Shown here piece after piece: positions 11,281 to 31,742 of a DNA stretch of 64,000 nucleotides. Below the pieces are notes generated by a model. It saw nothing but the letters and a program-made list of their open reading frames with translations, ran no database searches and had not been told where the DNA came from. Source of the stretch: Macrostomum hystrix (taxonomy: Eukaryota; Animalia; Platyhelminthes); the NCBI GenBank assembly GCA_950097015.1, contig CATNEN010000031.1, positions 1,550,001 through 1,614,000 of the forward strand, read 5' to 3'. The number at the start of each line of letters is the position of its first letter. The stretch's first letter is position 1. Made by a program: the position numbers and the translations under genes.

Positions 11281-14200
11281 TCAAAGCCCGATGGAGATCA
11301 ACGGCCCGTAGGCGGCTTGGACACGCAGCTGCACCCGATACTCGGCGCACAGCATGCGCTCCTTCTGCAGCCGCTCTGCCAGGTCCGAGTTCTCCTTCAC
11401 CAGGCGCTGATTGTCCTCCTTGAAGAAGTACCACTGATCCAGCAGAGCCGAATCCGACTCATCCTCGGAGTCGCTAGACGAAGTTGAAGACGTGTCCTGA
11501 CAGTCGTCTAGAGCAGCGGCGCCGCGTTGATGATCCCGGCTAGACCAGCGGTCGATCTCGGCGCGCAGCCGGTCCATCTCTTGTCGTTCGCGAGCAACCC
11601 GCATGCCCAACTCGTCCGATAGCTGGGTTAGTTCTTCCTCTTCTAGGCGGAGCCGGCGAAGATCTTCAACCACGGCTAGGAGGTCGGCGGTCTCCTCCTC
11701 GACCTCGGAGGCGCACAGCAGCTGGTTCTCCTCTTCCTCCAGCCTGTAGGCCAGTTGGTCCAGATCCTGTCGGGGTCGGTTCAGATAGACATAAAGATAG
11801 AATTGAGTAATGAGAAATGAGAAACCAGTTGGGCCACATGTACAGCCGCAGCTATTGCTCGGTGCCTTTAAAATTCTGTGTACAGTCGATGGACCGGAGA
11901 GGCTGCCACAACCACCCAAATTTTTGCCCAGCCGATGCTGTCACCTATTTTACAGCCGCACTAGGAATTGAGTGTCTGGTACAAAAAAATCTTCCTAGGT
12001 ATGAGATTCGAACTCTGGACCTCTGAGTCAGATTTCCGAAACTTTCACCACTGAACTAATAATAATAATAATAATAATAATAATTGATTACACCTGCCCC
12101 AATTGGGTCAGATGTGCAGCCGACAGCACAGCCGCAGCTAATGCGCGGCGCATCTGAAGGCTGCGTATAGCTGTTCAGTCCACGGACTGAGGGGACGCCA
12201 CACCCACCTTCAATTATCCCAGCTGATGCTGGTACCCATTTAACAGCTGGGTGAACTGAAGCAATGCATAGTTAAGTGTCTTGCTAAAGGATGCAAATTG
12301 TTCCAGTGAAGTCGGGAATCGAACCCCCGACCTTCAAGTCGTGAGTCCGACGCCCTAACCACTAGGCTACAACCACTGAACTAGCTGCTCCCTAGAGTTC
12401 TAGGGAGCCAGAAAATAATAAATTAACTGACCTGGTGCGGCTGGCCCTCATCATCGTCCGGCTCATCTTCCTCGGGCTCGTCCTCCTCGACTTCTTCGTC
12501 GCACTCCTCTGTGCCGGACTCATCCGGCTCGTCCTCCTGCAGTTCCAGCGGTGGCGGATTTCTAGTCAGGGCGTACAATTCCACATCTGTGTCCGTGTCC
12601 GCTATGGACGAGTCGCCGTAGCGGCTGCTCTCGCGCAGACTGTCTAGACGGTTCAGCACTGGGCCGGGTTCCGCTGCCGTCACTGGATGCTGAGGCGGAT
12701 GCGTTGCCGGGTGCTGCTCTGGCGTTGCTGACGGCAGCTGCTGTGGTACTGGCTGCTGCTGCTGCTGCTCATGCTGAGCTTGCGGCTGAGGAGGCTGCGG
12801 CTCCTGAGCACTGCTGCTTGGCTGGTGAACCTGAACCGTATAGACATGGGAGAAATGAGAAATTTACTTTCAGCAAATCTAAAGAGTTTACTGCTGCAGA
12901 TCTTGATCTCTGCAAACATCCAAATCTCTGGAAATCTAGAGTCCAGGTTTAAAATTCCTAAAGAAAAGATTAAAAAAATTAAATACTCAACCACTCGCAA
13001 AAGATTTGAATCCTGAATCCCATTAATAAAATCCCCAAACTAGATATCTCAATCCTTAATCCCATTAATAAAATCCCCAAACTAGAGACTTGAATCCTTA
13101 ATCCCATTAATAAAACCCCAAACTAGAGACTAGAATCCTTAATCCCATTAATAAAACCCCAAACTAGAGACTTGAATCCTTAATCCCATTAATAAAACCC
13201 CAAACTAGACACTTGAATCCTTAATCCCATTAATAAAATCCCCAAACTAGACACTTGAATCCTTAATCCCATTAATAAAACCCCCAAACTAGAGACTTAA
13301 ATCCTGCATCCCATTAATAAAAATCCCAAACTAGAGACTAGAATCCTTAATCCCATTAATAAAATCCCCAAACTAGAGACTTGAATCCTTAATCCCATTA
13401 ATAAAATCCCCAAACTAGAGACTAGAATCCTTAATCCCATTAATAAAATCCCCAAACTAGACACTTGAATCCTTAATCCCATTAATAAAATCCCCAAACT
13501 AGAGACTTAAATCCTTAATCCCATTAATAAAAACCCCAAACTAGAGACTAGAATCCTGAATCCCATTAATAAAATCCCCAAACTAGAGACTAGAATCCTG
13601 AATCCCATTAATAAAAATCCCAAACTAGAGACTAGAATCCTTAATCCCATTAATAAAATCCCCAAACTAGAGACTTAAATCCTTAATCCCATTAATAAAA
13701 ACCCCAAACTAGAGACTAGAATCCTGAATCCCATTAATAAAATCCCCAAACTAGAGACTAGAATCCTGAATCCCATTAATAAAAATCCCCAAACTAGAGA
13801 CTTGAATCCTGAGTCCAATTAATAAAAATCACTAAACAAGAGATTTGAATCCTAATCCCAAATTAAAAAATTTGCGAATTCCGAAAATCCCGAATCCAAA
13901 AGATCTCAAAATCCCTCAAAATGTTTCTAACCCGAACCCCAAGGGGGTGAGTGGGTCAGCGGCTAATGTCGCTGCCTCACTTTCCAATGGTCGCTGGTTC
14001 GTTCCTCCCTCCAAGTCACGATTATTTCGGGGCTTAGTTGGAGGTGTTCGAAGTAGTGACTTGCGGAGATGCACCTTATTCTGTGCAACCAAAGCTAATT
14101 TAAAATAGCTTAACCCCTGCCTTCTGCATGCCTGCTTGTTTGTGTTTGTGTTTGTGCGTTGGGCCGGGTGTGAGGCGTTGTATGGGGGGTGGGGCGGGTG

Positions 14201-17200
14201 TGCACCAGCCATGCGTGCTCTGAGCGGCGAGGCTTCACCAGCCGTCTGCGCGCGTGGCTTGGTCCTCTCGTCCCTACCCTTCAGGCATAGGGTAGTCCGA
14301 CCCGTTTGCCTCTCGCACCAATGTCCCTAAGCACGATTCTGCGGCGAGGCCAAATTAATTTTGGCGTGCATTTACGCCCACGAAGGCCAACATCCAGGGC
14401 ACCCTAAGAGTGACAAAACTGCCTGACAATGAGAAACTCAGTGCAGACGTATTCACCTATGCGTGTGTGCATGTGCGTACAGTATCTGTGCTCAGGAGTT
14501 AGTGAAATTCAGAAAAAAACCTCGCTGGCTGTGAGTAGGTCACAGTAGGTCTACTGTCACCGAATGAGGTGCCACTGCCCACAGCCCTCATCTAAATACT
14601 ATTATTACTTATTCGACCAACTCACCTGCACATTAACGCGCCTCAGGGCCAGATTGAGTTCCAGGTTCTCTTCCAGCGCTGTCATGTCTGGCCGGATGCC
14701 GCTACCCGGCGTTGGAAACGACGGCGACTTGGCGATGTTGCCAGCGGCGCTGTTGACATGATCAGCAGAAGCGCTGCCGCGAATGTTGCCGGCAGCGGCC
14801 GCCGCTGAAGCCGGGCCGCCTGGCAGGCTGGGCCTCGGGGCGCCGGTCTTGCGAAGCTTCCGTTTCAGCATGGTGATGGTGCGCTGCACCTCCCACAGCT
14901 GGTCCTGCGTGTCCTGATCGTCGGTTGGGCAGCCGGTGAGGGTGGCGTGGAGCCGGTTCAGCGCCGTCTCCTGCTTCATTAGCTCGCTCTCGATGGCTGC
15001 ATAGTACGATAAACTCGTTCATAGTATAGTTTAACAGAATTAACTAGTGATGCCGCAGTAATCATCTATTTAACAGTAGGACTACCAAGCCATTTTGCCA
15101 CCCGTTTTTATACCAAGGGGGGCGAGAATTTTTTTGGCAGCGCCTGAATGCTAACAGCGTTGGGTGGTGATTGATAGGTTGACAGACTTGACGATGGTAT
15201 ACTGTGGTTGAGCTGCGCCTAGTATTAGGCTTGATCAGTGACATTAAGAAATTCGCGTCAGGGTGTCCATAGTGGCCTATTTCCACCCGCTGTAGCCCTT
15301 GAAGGTCCAGCAAATCTGTCTAGATAAAGGTAGGTGACCACCGAAGTCGGAGATGATGCAGGCAGATTCGTGTGACATGCTGATAAAATTTGAAGGCCTG
15401 GCAAGTCCGCACTGAGGCGCAGTGCTAATTCGTGTATAGGGGTGTATGAAATACACTAGCTCTGCTCTAATGGAAAACATGTGACCTCCCGCCAGAACCA
15501 TTGAATATCTCGACGCTCTGAACAGCTGGCGACTTGACTCTTGTTTCAGAAGATGCGCAACAAAAAGTTTACCCGTGTTCTTGAGTTTCGTGTGCTTGCG
15601 TTGCTCCGTTCAGTTGCAGCACCAAAAATTGTCAGGGGGGAAATCCCACCTTTGTTAGTTCTACTGTTAATTACTAATGAAGTGTCGCAATTATGCAGAA
15701 GCTTGAAATTATAATGTAGTGGCTTCAACTAGCGGGCCAACTGATCTTGGACGTGAGCTACTGCCCACAGCCTGTTCTTCAGGAAGTCCCGCTTACACGG
15801 TCCTCAGCGATACGTGCAATGCATTTTTGATTAGGTTAGGGTTAGGTTAAAGTAGGCAGTCTGCTGACCTTCAATATCATCCATCTCAATGAGGCTCTTC
15901 TTTCGTTTTAACGCAGTGACAACTCGCTGCACCTCCCACACCAGATTGGACTTGTCCTGCGAGTCCAGGCCGTCAGATTTCAGAGCGCTGAGCTCCTGGT
16001 GCAGCCACTCTAGTAGAGATTCCTGGAATGGTTATTGATCGGTTTTTTGAGCCCGCCAATCAAACTTCATCAAGCGGTGAACAGAGCACACCAGACCTGT
16101 TTGGCCAGCTCGGCTTCCACATCCTCCAGCGTCTCTGGAATCTCCATCCGCGCCTGCGGTCGCATAGGGGCCACGTAGCGTTTAATAACAACCCCGGAGA
16201 ATAGTTCGTCCAGGTGGGAGAAGAACACCTGCAGCACTTTGTGCGAAATCTGCATAGTTGGACTGAGCACAATGCTCACATTCTGCAGGCTCATCTTATT
16301 CTGAGCCTGGTGGGCAACAACGTGAGACATGTGCAACAGGGTGTAGGCTAGCAGCATGTAGTTTGGAGCCGGCAGCGAGGACAGCAGTCGTTGAAACACC
16401 TCAACCTTCATCTTGGCATCCCGGATGCTCCAGGAGCGCTCAAACTCCGGCATGAGCTTGTCTGTGAGCACACACTCCGGCAGTTCCCGTATGAAACTTT
16501 TAACAACGCTGGCTACCACAAACGGATCGTAATCAGACAGTTCAACAGACAGGTGCAAATTGTACGCCTGAATGATGGCCTGTACCTTGGACTTGACACC
16601 GGACACGCGGTAGATGCCTTCGCAGGAGAGTGCGTTGGCCTCCACAAAGTCTATGCACTCCCTATCAAATGTTAATAGGCCGGAAAGGTGCAAATGAGTT
16701 AAGATGTGGGAAAAAATTATTCTGCCTAAAATAAAAAACAATTGATGAAAAACACCTGAAGCAGGCGGGCAGGGCCACGCCATCGTGGCTCTTGGACCGC
16801 TGCACAGCTAGGGCAAGCGGCACGCCAAACACTGGCCGATTGGGTGTCAGCTGCTCCACCTCCTCTTTGAGATTCTTACGCCTTAGTTTCTTCTGCTTTT
16901 TATCTTCCTTATCTGTGGAAGTCTTCTTTAGGATACTTTTCTTCGTGGGCAGCTTAAAACTCTTTGTTTTCTTTGTCTTTGGCGACAGAGCACCTCCCAG
17001 GTATCCCAGCTGCTGTTGCTGCTGCTGCTGCTGATTAGCTGCTGAGGTTGCAGACACACTAGCTAATGAATCAGCCGCTGAAGATTTAGGGTGTATAATA
17101 ATGGCTTCAATGCTAGCCGAGTCATCCTCAAACTGGTGATAGCCATGCTCGCGCTTCTCCTTCTCACGCTTCTTTTTCTCTTTTTTGTCCTCACGTCGAG

Positions 17201-18020
17201 GTGTTTTGTCCTGGTCTAAAGGAGCAGGCAAGAGTTAGATTTGGATGAGGCAGAATATTTAAAAGTCCCTAATTTACAAAGTACTTTTTTTTAACCTAGA
17301 AATCCTGAATAAAACAAAAAGTCACAGTAAGGAGCTGTAATTTTGTTTGTAGCCACTATGGTATGATTCCTAAAGAATCAAATACCGTGATAATAAAAAT
17401 TTTTAGTGGCTGATATAGTTCAGTTTAACAAGTTTAAATAACCAGTCTGTTTAACACATTTATATTAGCTTAGCTATAATTTTAACTCCCAAGAAAAAAA
17501 TAGTTTTACAAATGTCCAAGGCATGCTAGAATTGGCAATATTATGTGAATAGTGTGAATAGTGTGAACTATTCACAATATGTGAATAGCTACATAAAACA
17601 ATAACACTGTATAGTTGATTGAATAAAGTTCTAAATTATTTAGTCAAGCAACCTTTTCACTTTTGCTTTGGTAGCAATATATTTGTTTAAAACAACAACA
17701 ATAATAGGGTATCCCTATACAGTTAGAAGACATGTAGTTTGGCTTAAGATATACATTTATACCAAAAAAGTATCTTAATATAAACCTTACAAACATTCTA
17801 AAAAATACGTTTTAAATAGATTAAAGTACAATGCGCAACTAAATTTCAAGGATAGGGTTATTTACGTATCATCTTTTTTGCGAATGCATGACACCAAAAT
17901 TATTAACAAATGTGTGCTACAAGAACAAGAGAATACCAAAGGCAATCTGTCAAGAATATGACAGAATATGACAGACATAAAAGATAAAAAGAAGCAGCGA
18001 AACTTACCGAAATCTGCCAT
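11281..18020 (-). CDS. RALBP1: RalA-binding protein 1 (RLIP76): RhoGAP + Ral-binding region + coiled coil, about 815 aa
   Basis: complement join(18008-18020,16756-17215,16097-16661,15869-16022,14626-14996,12432-12830,11281-11766); all phases consistent. Lys-rich N-terminus, PVFGVPL, RhoGAP EGIYRVSG, WEVQR..LKRK motifs. Confidence 0.92.
11880..12058 (-). mobile_element. SINE family B, degenerate copy
   Basis: B-box-like gttcgaatc on the minus strand; similar to 12085-12372. Confidence 0.55.
12085..12372 (-). mobile_element. tRNA-derived SINE family B with CORE-like central domain and (TAA)n tail
   Basis: Minus strand tRNA head (ggttcgattcc), then cctttagcaagacacttaac..cttcagttcacccagctgttaaatggg resembling the MIR CORE; (aat)n at 12057-12084. 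Confidence 0.75.
13008..13830. repeat. Intronic minisatellite, about 42-bp unit gaatccttaatcccattaataaaatccccaaactagagactt, about 19 copies
   Basis: Direct tandem repetition in a RALBP1 intron. Confidence 0.95.
14295..14545 (+). mobile_element. SINE family A, degenerate copy
   Basis: gtttgcctctcgcacc..gcggcgaggcca..ctgcctgacaatgagaaa..gcgtacagtatct..cctcgctggctg. Confidence 0.7.
15074..15666. mobile_element. TTAA-flanked MITE, family 1
   Basis: TTAA at 15070-73 and 15667-70; 13-bp imperfect TIR cagtaggactacc / gttagttctactg; body closely similar to 57645-58228. Confidence 0.8.
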
Positions 18021-19059
18021 ACTATTTTACGAAGTAACGCGAGATTGCTTCAATTTACTTTTAACTTTAATGTTATTTAGTATCTAAGAACTAGCAAAAG
18101 AACTTGCCAATGCCAAGCCTTATTCGTTTCTTACAATTTTATGTTTAAAAAGTTATTCGTAGAAATAAAGACTGCAACAATTTAGCATAACAAACTAACG
18201 AGACAAAGGCACAAAATATGTTGAATAAAAAGTACCGAATAATGCATAATTTCTTTATCAAAATATTTTGCTTTTATGAATTTAGATCATTAGAAAATAA
18301 CTTAAATACAAGAACAACGTGCGATGCTGTTTTTTCATCCGTTTATTTTTATTTTATTGTATTTCTTTATATATTTTTTGCTGGTTCTATTTGCTTTAAG
18401 TTGTTCTAGAAGTTTACTTACAAGATTTATTACGAGGCTAGAAATCCTGAAGTCTATTTTTATCGGACTGCATTTAACGGAGACAAAATATTGGAATTAC
18501 TTATTCTGATAAAACAACTCTCTTCGCTAATATAGTTTGTATCGTTTTGATGAGAGTAAAATAAAAAGCGTTATGCTCCTGGATAAAAAGCTTTAATCAG
18601 TGAATCGATTTAATATTCGAATTCCGTTATATATATTAAGCGGAACATCCGAAAGAAAAGTTGTGGTATATAATTTTATTGAATTTTTATATGCATTGTA
18701 AAACGCCGAAGAAATTTTATATAAATTATAAAACAAATTTACTAAAAGTGAAATTATATCAACTACAAGTACAACATTGTAAATCTTGAAAAATCACACT
18801 AATTATTACAAGGAATGATCACGAAACCAATTTTTGTGCATGCAAATATGAAAAACTTGTCTATCGATACAGCTTAAGAATTAGTTTTTTAATGATGAGT
18901 ATGTTATTACCAGATCAGAAAAATCTATCCAATTTAAGGCGCAGTTTTTACAGTTCAGCTGTTCGCCAACTGCAGGAGTTCCGAAAAATGAAAAGACAAG
19001 CAATGTTTATTAAAAATGCTTTGTAAATCATAAAACGATTTTTAAAAAATTCTGTCTAG

Positions 19060-27676
<8,617 letters not shown>

Positions 27677-30291
27677 TGCAGTATGTTTTTCTCTAGAGTG
27701 CACTTTTAATTTCAACAAGTAGTCTTTCAAACAAGCTGAAATGTACACAAATGTGACAAGACCTGTGAGTACCTATTATACAAAGTATGAATAGGTTTTA
27801 AACCAGAGCATCATGAGATGCTAGATTACCTGTTTATCTCCATAATACTAGGCACTTCTAATAACTTTTTGTTTCTAACTACTAACATGCAAAGTGTTTT
27901 ACCTAACAAAAACAGTGATAAAAAGTGTGGATACATAAATAAACTAATATGGTACCTTAGGAAGTTAGAGGGTTATAGGGCAGTTAAGCACAATAAATTA
28001 ATGCTTCTCTCTATAATGATCATAGAAAACATACTGTTCTCTATGGTTTTGGGGAGCTTTCATCTGAGACCCTGCAATTGAAGCCTTTTTGGGAGGACAG
28101 GCTCTAGAAACAAATGCAAAAGCACTAATACAAGTAAGTCAGAACACAACAAGCAATGGTGCCTGATCAGAGTTGGAAAATTACCCCTCCTTTACAATAT
28201 TCAAAAGAGAAGCATTCAGTACATATAACATTGTCTCAAATTGTCTAATGACAATTGTCTAATGACCCTACTTTTACTAAAGTGGGCTTAATGGCAAAAA
28301 TGAACAGTGAGGTCATAAAAGACAATGAGAAAAAACTAATGTCAAAGGCTATAAAGAGACAGGGAAAACTTTGAGCCAGAATATGAGACACTGGAGATAA
28401 AAAGCTAAAAACTGTAAGAAACTCGGTCAATTTTACCACAGCTTTAAAATATTTACTCCTTAAAAGTACCTTATGCTACACTAAAGGTACATTATAGTAC
28501 CTAACACTATACACTTGTAGTCACATAGAACCATGTCAACCTTCTAACTTGAAAACCACAAGCTAGCTTGCAACTGCAAGATAATAAGAGCTGCAAGACC
28601 TAAAGTAAAGTGCAGAGAATAGTAGAAAACTGAACTTATTTTAATGCAATTCTAAACTGTAATGTCTTATTTATATATAATTTTTTATAAGACAATTCAC
28701 AAATGTGTTCCCTAACGTTGACAATATTACACTGGGGCAAAGAGCAATCTGCTCAATGGTGCAAGACAATATAGAAGTAACAGAAACACTGATAATGTAT
28801 ACTTTAGAGCAGACAGACTTCTTAATGCTGACATTGGGAAGACAGCAGCATTATGAGGCAGGCCCAATTTTAATGTACTGTATTTAAAAAATTAAATTTC
28901 TATCAGACAAATTTCTGTAATTGAAACTATTAGCCAAATTGGAGCATTTTATGCATAAGGGAAGAAATTCACACAAGCATAACTAAATATATATTGCTGA
29001 AATTATTTAATAGAGACAGAGGCCTCCCACAAGTGCATTAAGTATCGCATTAAAAATAGTAATAAAAAATTAAAAAGGTCATAACCCACGAAAATTGAAT
29101 TTTCGCATTTATCGGAAACAAGCTTTTGAATTAAAAAAACAAATGTACCATGCTAGCACATAAATGAAAGCGAAAAAATATTTTTCGCGTAAACCTCTTT
29201 TTTATTTTTCTGCTAATTTTATTCCTTTAAGTATTTAAAACTACAGTGTTCTTTGTAAATAGCGTCTGAATATTTTAGTTTACATTTATTATTTTATATT
29301 TAATACCGATCCTTGTGTATACGCTTTGGAAAAATATTTGTATGGCTTCGTAGTAAAAAGCCAGTATGATTTTTAAATGCTATTAAAGCGTCATCTCTCA
29401 CTGCCATGCTTTATTCTCGCGGCAATCGTTTTTTGCATAAGTATAGGCATAATGTAAGGTTAACTCATTAACTGTAAGGCGGTGAGAACTCACGGTTTTG
29501 TATTTTATATTAAATTTACTTTACTTTATATTATTTTTGTGTGAACTATATAGATGGACACATAATCGTATAGCTACTCTAAGATGTAGCCAGATGGATC
29601 GAAGCCAACAGGCCCGAACGTGTGCAGGCCGCAAGGGGGATATGTAATATACTCATTGTGTGCAGAAGCCATTCTGATGGGCATTCCAAACTTTTACTGT
29701 TTAAATGATATTATATGACCTTTTTTATGCTTTCTGTTTGAAGCAACTTAAGTTTGTCTTTTACGGCTCTTAATTTCTTTAAATTTAGATAGATAAGTTA
29801 TTTAGGTCGTAGGATGTCTATATAAATGAAAAGGTATGAACAATTCATATACCTTCGCCATTGGCTTTCTGGTTTTCAAACATAATAAATGAACAAAAGT
29901 GGAGGTCTTGCAAACATGTCACCACTAAAAAAGTAAGCAGTATAGGTTCTTTGAATAGTTTTACTATTCAGCTCTTATTTATTCTCAACTTTACTCCCAG
30001 CTATTGACTAAAAATATGTGGTAGCCAAATTAGCTCTTTGTTGCTAGATTTTAAGATTTAAATGGGACGCATGTTACAATTTTGCTAGCAGTCTAATTTT
30101 ATTTCCTATTAATTCAATCACTACGATATATAAAATAATTTACAAAAAGTCTGTGTGCATGAATCACGAACATCAATAAAAGACCTGGATACATATTCCA
30201 AGCAGTATTAAGAACATTTTTTTTCTATAATTTATACCATTTTCATTTATTTACCAAGACAGCTTTTGAAGGGAAAGAGAGATCCTTAATT

Positions 30292-30893
30292 TAGAAATTC
30301 TTCAGTTTTGAGATTCTCAGGGATTGCTACATTCTTCAGTGTAGAGATTCTCAGGGATTGCTAGATTCTTCAGTGTAGAGATTCTCACGGATTGCTAGAT
30401 TCTTCAGTGTAGAGATTCTCAGGGACTGCTAGATTCTTCAGTGTAGAGATTCTCACGGATTGCTAGATTCTTCAGTGTAGAGATTCTCAGGGATTGCTAC
30501 ATTCTTCAGTGTAGAGATTCTCACGGATTGCTAGATTCTTCAGTGTAGAGATTCTCACGGATTGCTAGATTCTTCAGTGCAGAGATTCTCAGGGATTGCT
30601 ACATTCTTCAGTGTAGAGATTCTCAGGGATTGCTACATTCTTCAGTGTAGAGATTCTCACGGATTGCTAGATTCTTCAGTGTAGAGATTCTCACGGATTG
30701 CTAGATTCTTCAGTGCATAGATTCTCAGGGATTGCTAGATTCTTCAGTGTAGAGATTCTCACGGATTGCTAGATTCTTCAGTGCATAGATTCTCAGGGAT
30801 TGCTACATTCTTCAGTGTAGAGATTCTCACGGATTGCTAGATTCTTCAGTGTAGAGATTCTCACGGATTGCTAGATTCTTCAGTGCATAGATT
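30292..30893. repeat. Intergenic minisatellite, 34-bp unit ttcttcagtgtagagattctcagggattgctaga, about 18 copies
   Basis: Direct tandem repetition. Confidence 0.95.
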
Positions 30894-31134
30894 TTTAAGG
30901 TTGAATTAATTGTTAGTGAGATTTATTTTTGTTATTTGACATAATAAATCTATTAATGACTGTGATTGTCGTCCAGTCTGCTCAAAGTGGTATTAAAAGT
31001 AAAGTGGTATTGTAATCACACTGGTAATTATCCGCTCGTACAATGTAGAAATTCATGCAATCTAAGCATAACTCCATGGTTATAAAATAGAATACTAATT
31101 TACACGCGCAGTTTAATTAGTGTACTGCACTACC

Positions 31135-31136
<2 letters not shown>

Positions 31137-31184
<48 letters not shown>
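31137..31184. repeat. (AC)n microsatellite
   Basis: About 24 uninterrupted AC units. Confidence 0.98.
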
Positions 31185-31186
<2 letters not shown>

Positions 31187-31742
31187 TGAGTGCTCACACT
31201 GAATAAAAACGGCCCAATTCTGACTTTAGCTCGTCTGTTGCTAATGAGGGAGAGATGAGACGGGTTGGTGTAAGAAAATAAGAAGAAAAAAACCCTAAGG
31301 ACTTCGTCTCCATAATAATACAAATGAAGAAGAATGGCTTAAATTGTGGCGGCACATTTACACTCACGGGTCCAAGCCTTCCAAACCTTCGCCTCCTACT
31401 AAACAAACCGGCATTGCAGGAAGGGAGAGAGAGTCAGAGCGACAAGAAAGAAGAGAACAGTCATAGGTTTGGTCGTTGCCTTCAAGCACATTGAGGGGGG
31501 GTACCGGCCCAACGCGCTGTACATTGTTGCGGGGAAAGAGGCTGGCTACGACTCATACTTTTTTTAAGCTTAAAATTTACGCACAACTTGCTTAACTCTG
31601 GTGTGCTGCAGCTTCCAGCCTGAAAATCTTCATTGCCCTGGCTGTGGGTAGCACGCTAATACTGCTGTTAGTTTTAAATCAATCAGCGTCGGCTATACTT
31701 GACTGGCGAAGGCCGAGACAGTTGGGGTTATAGCGCCGGACA

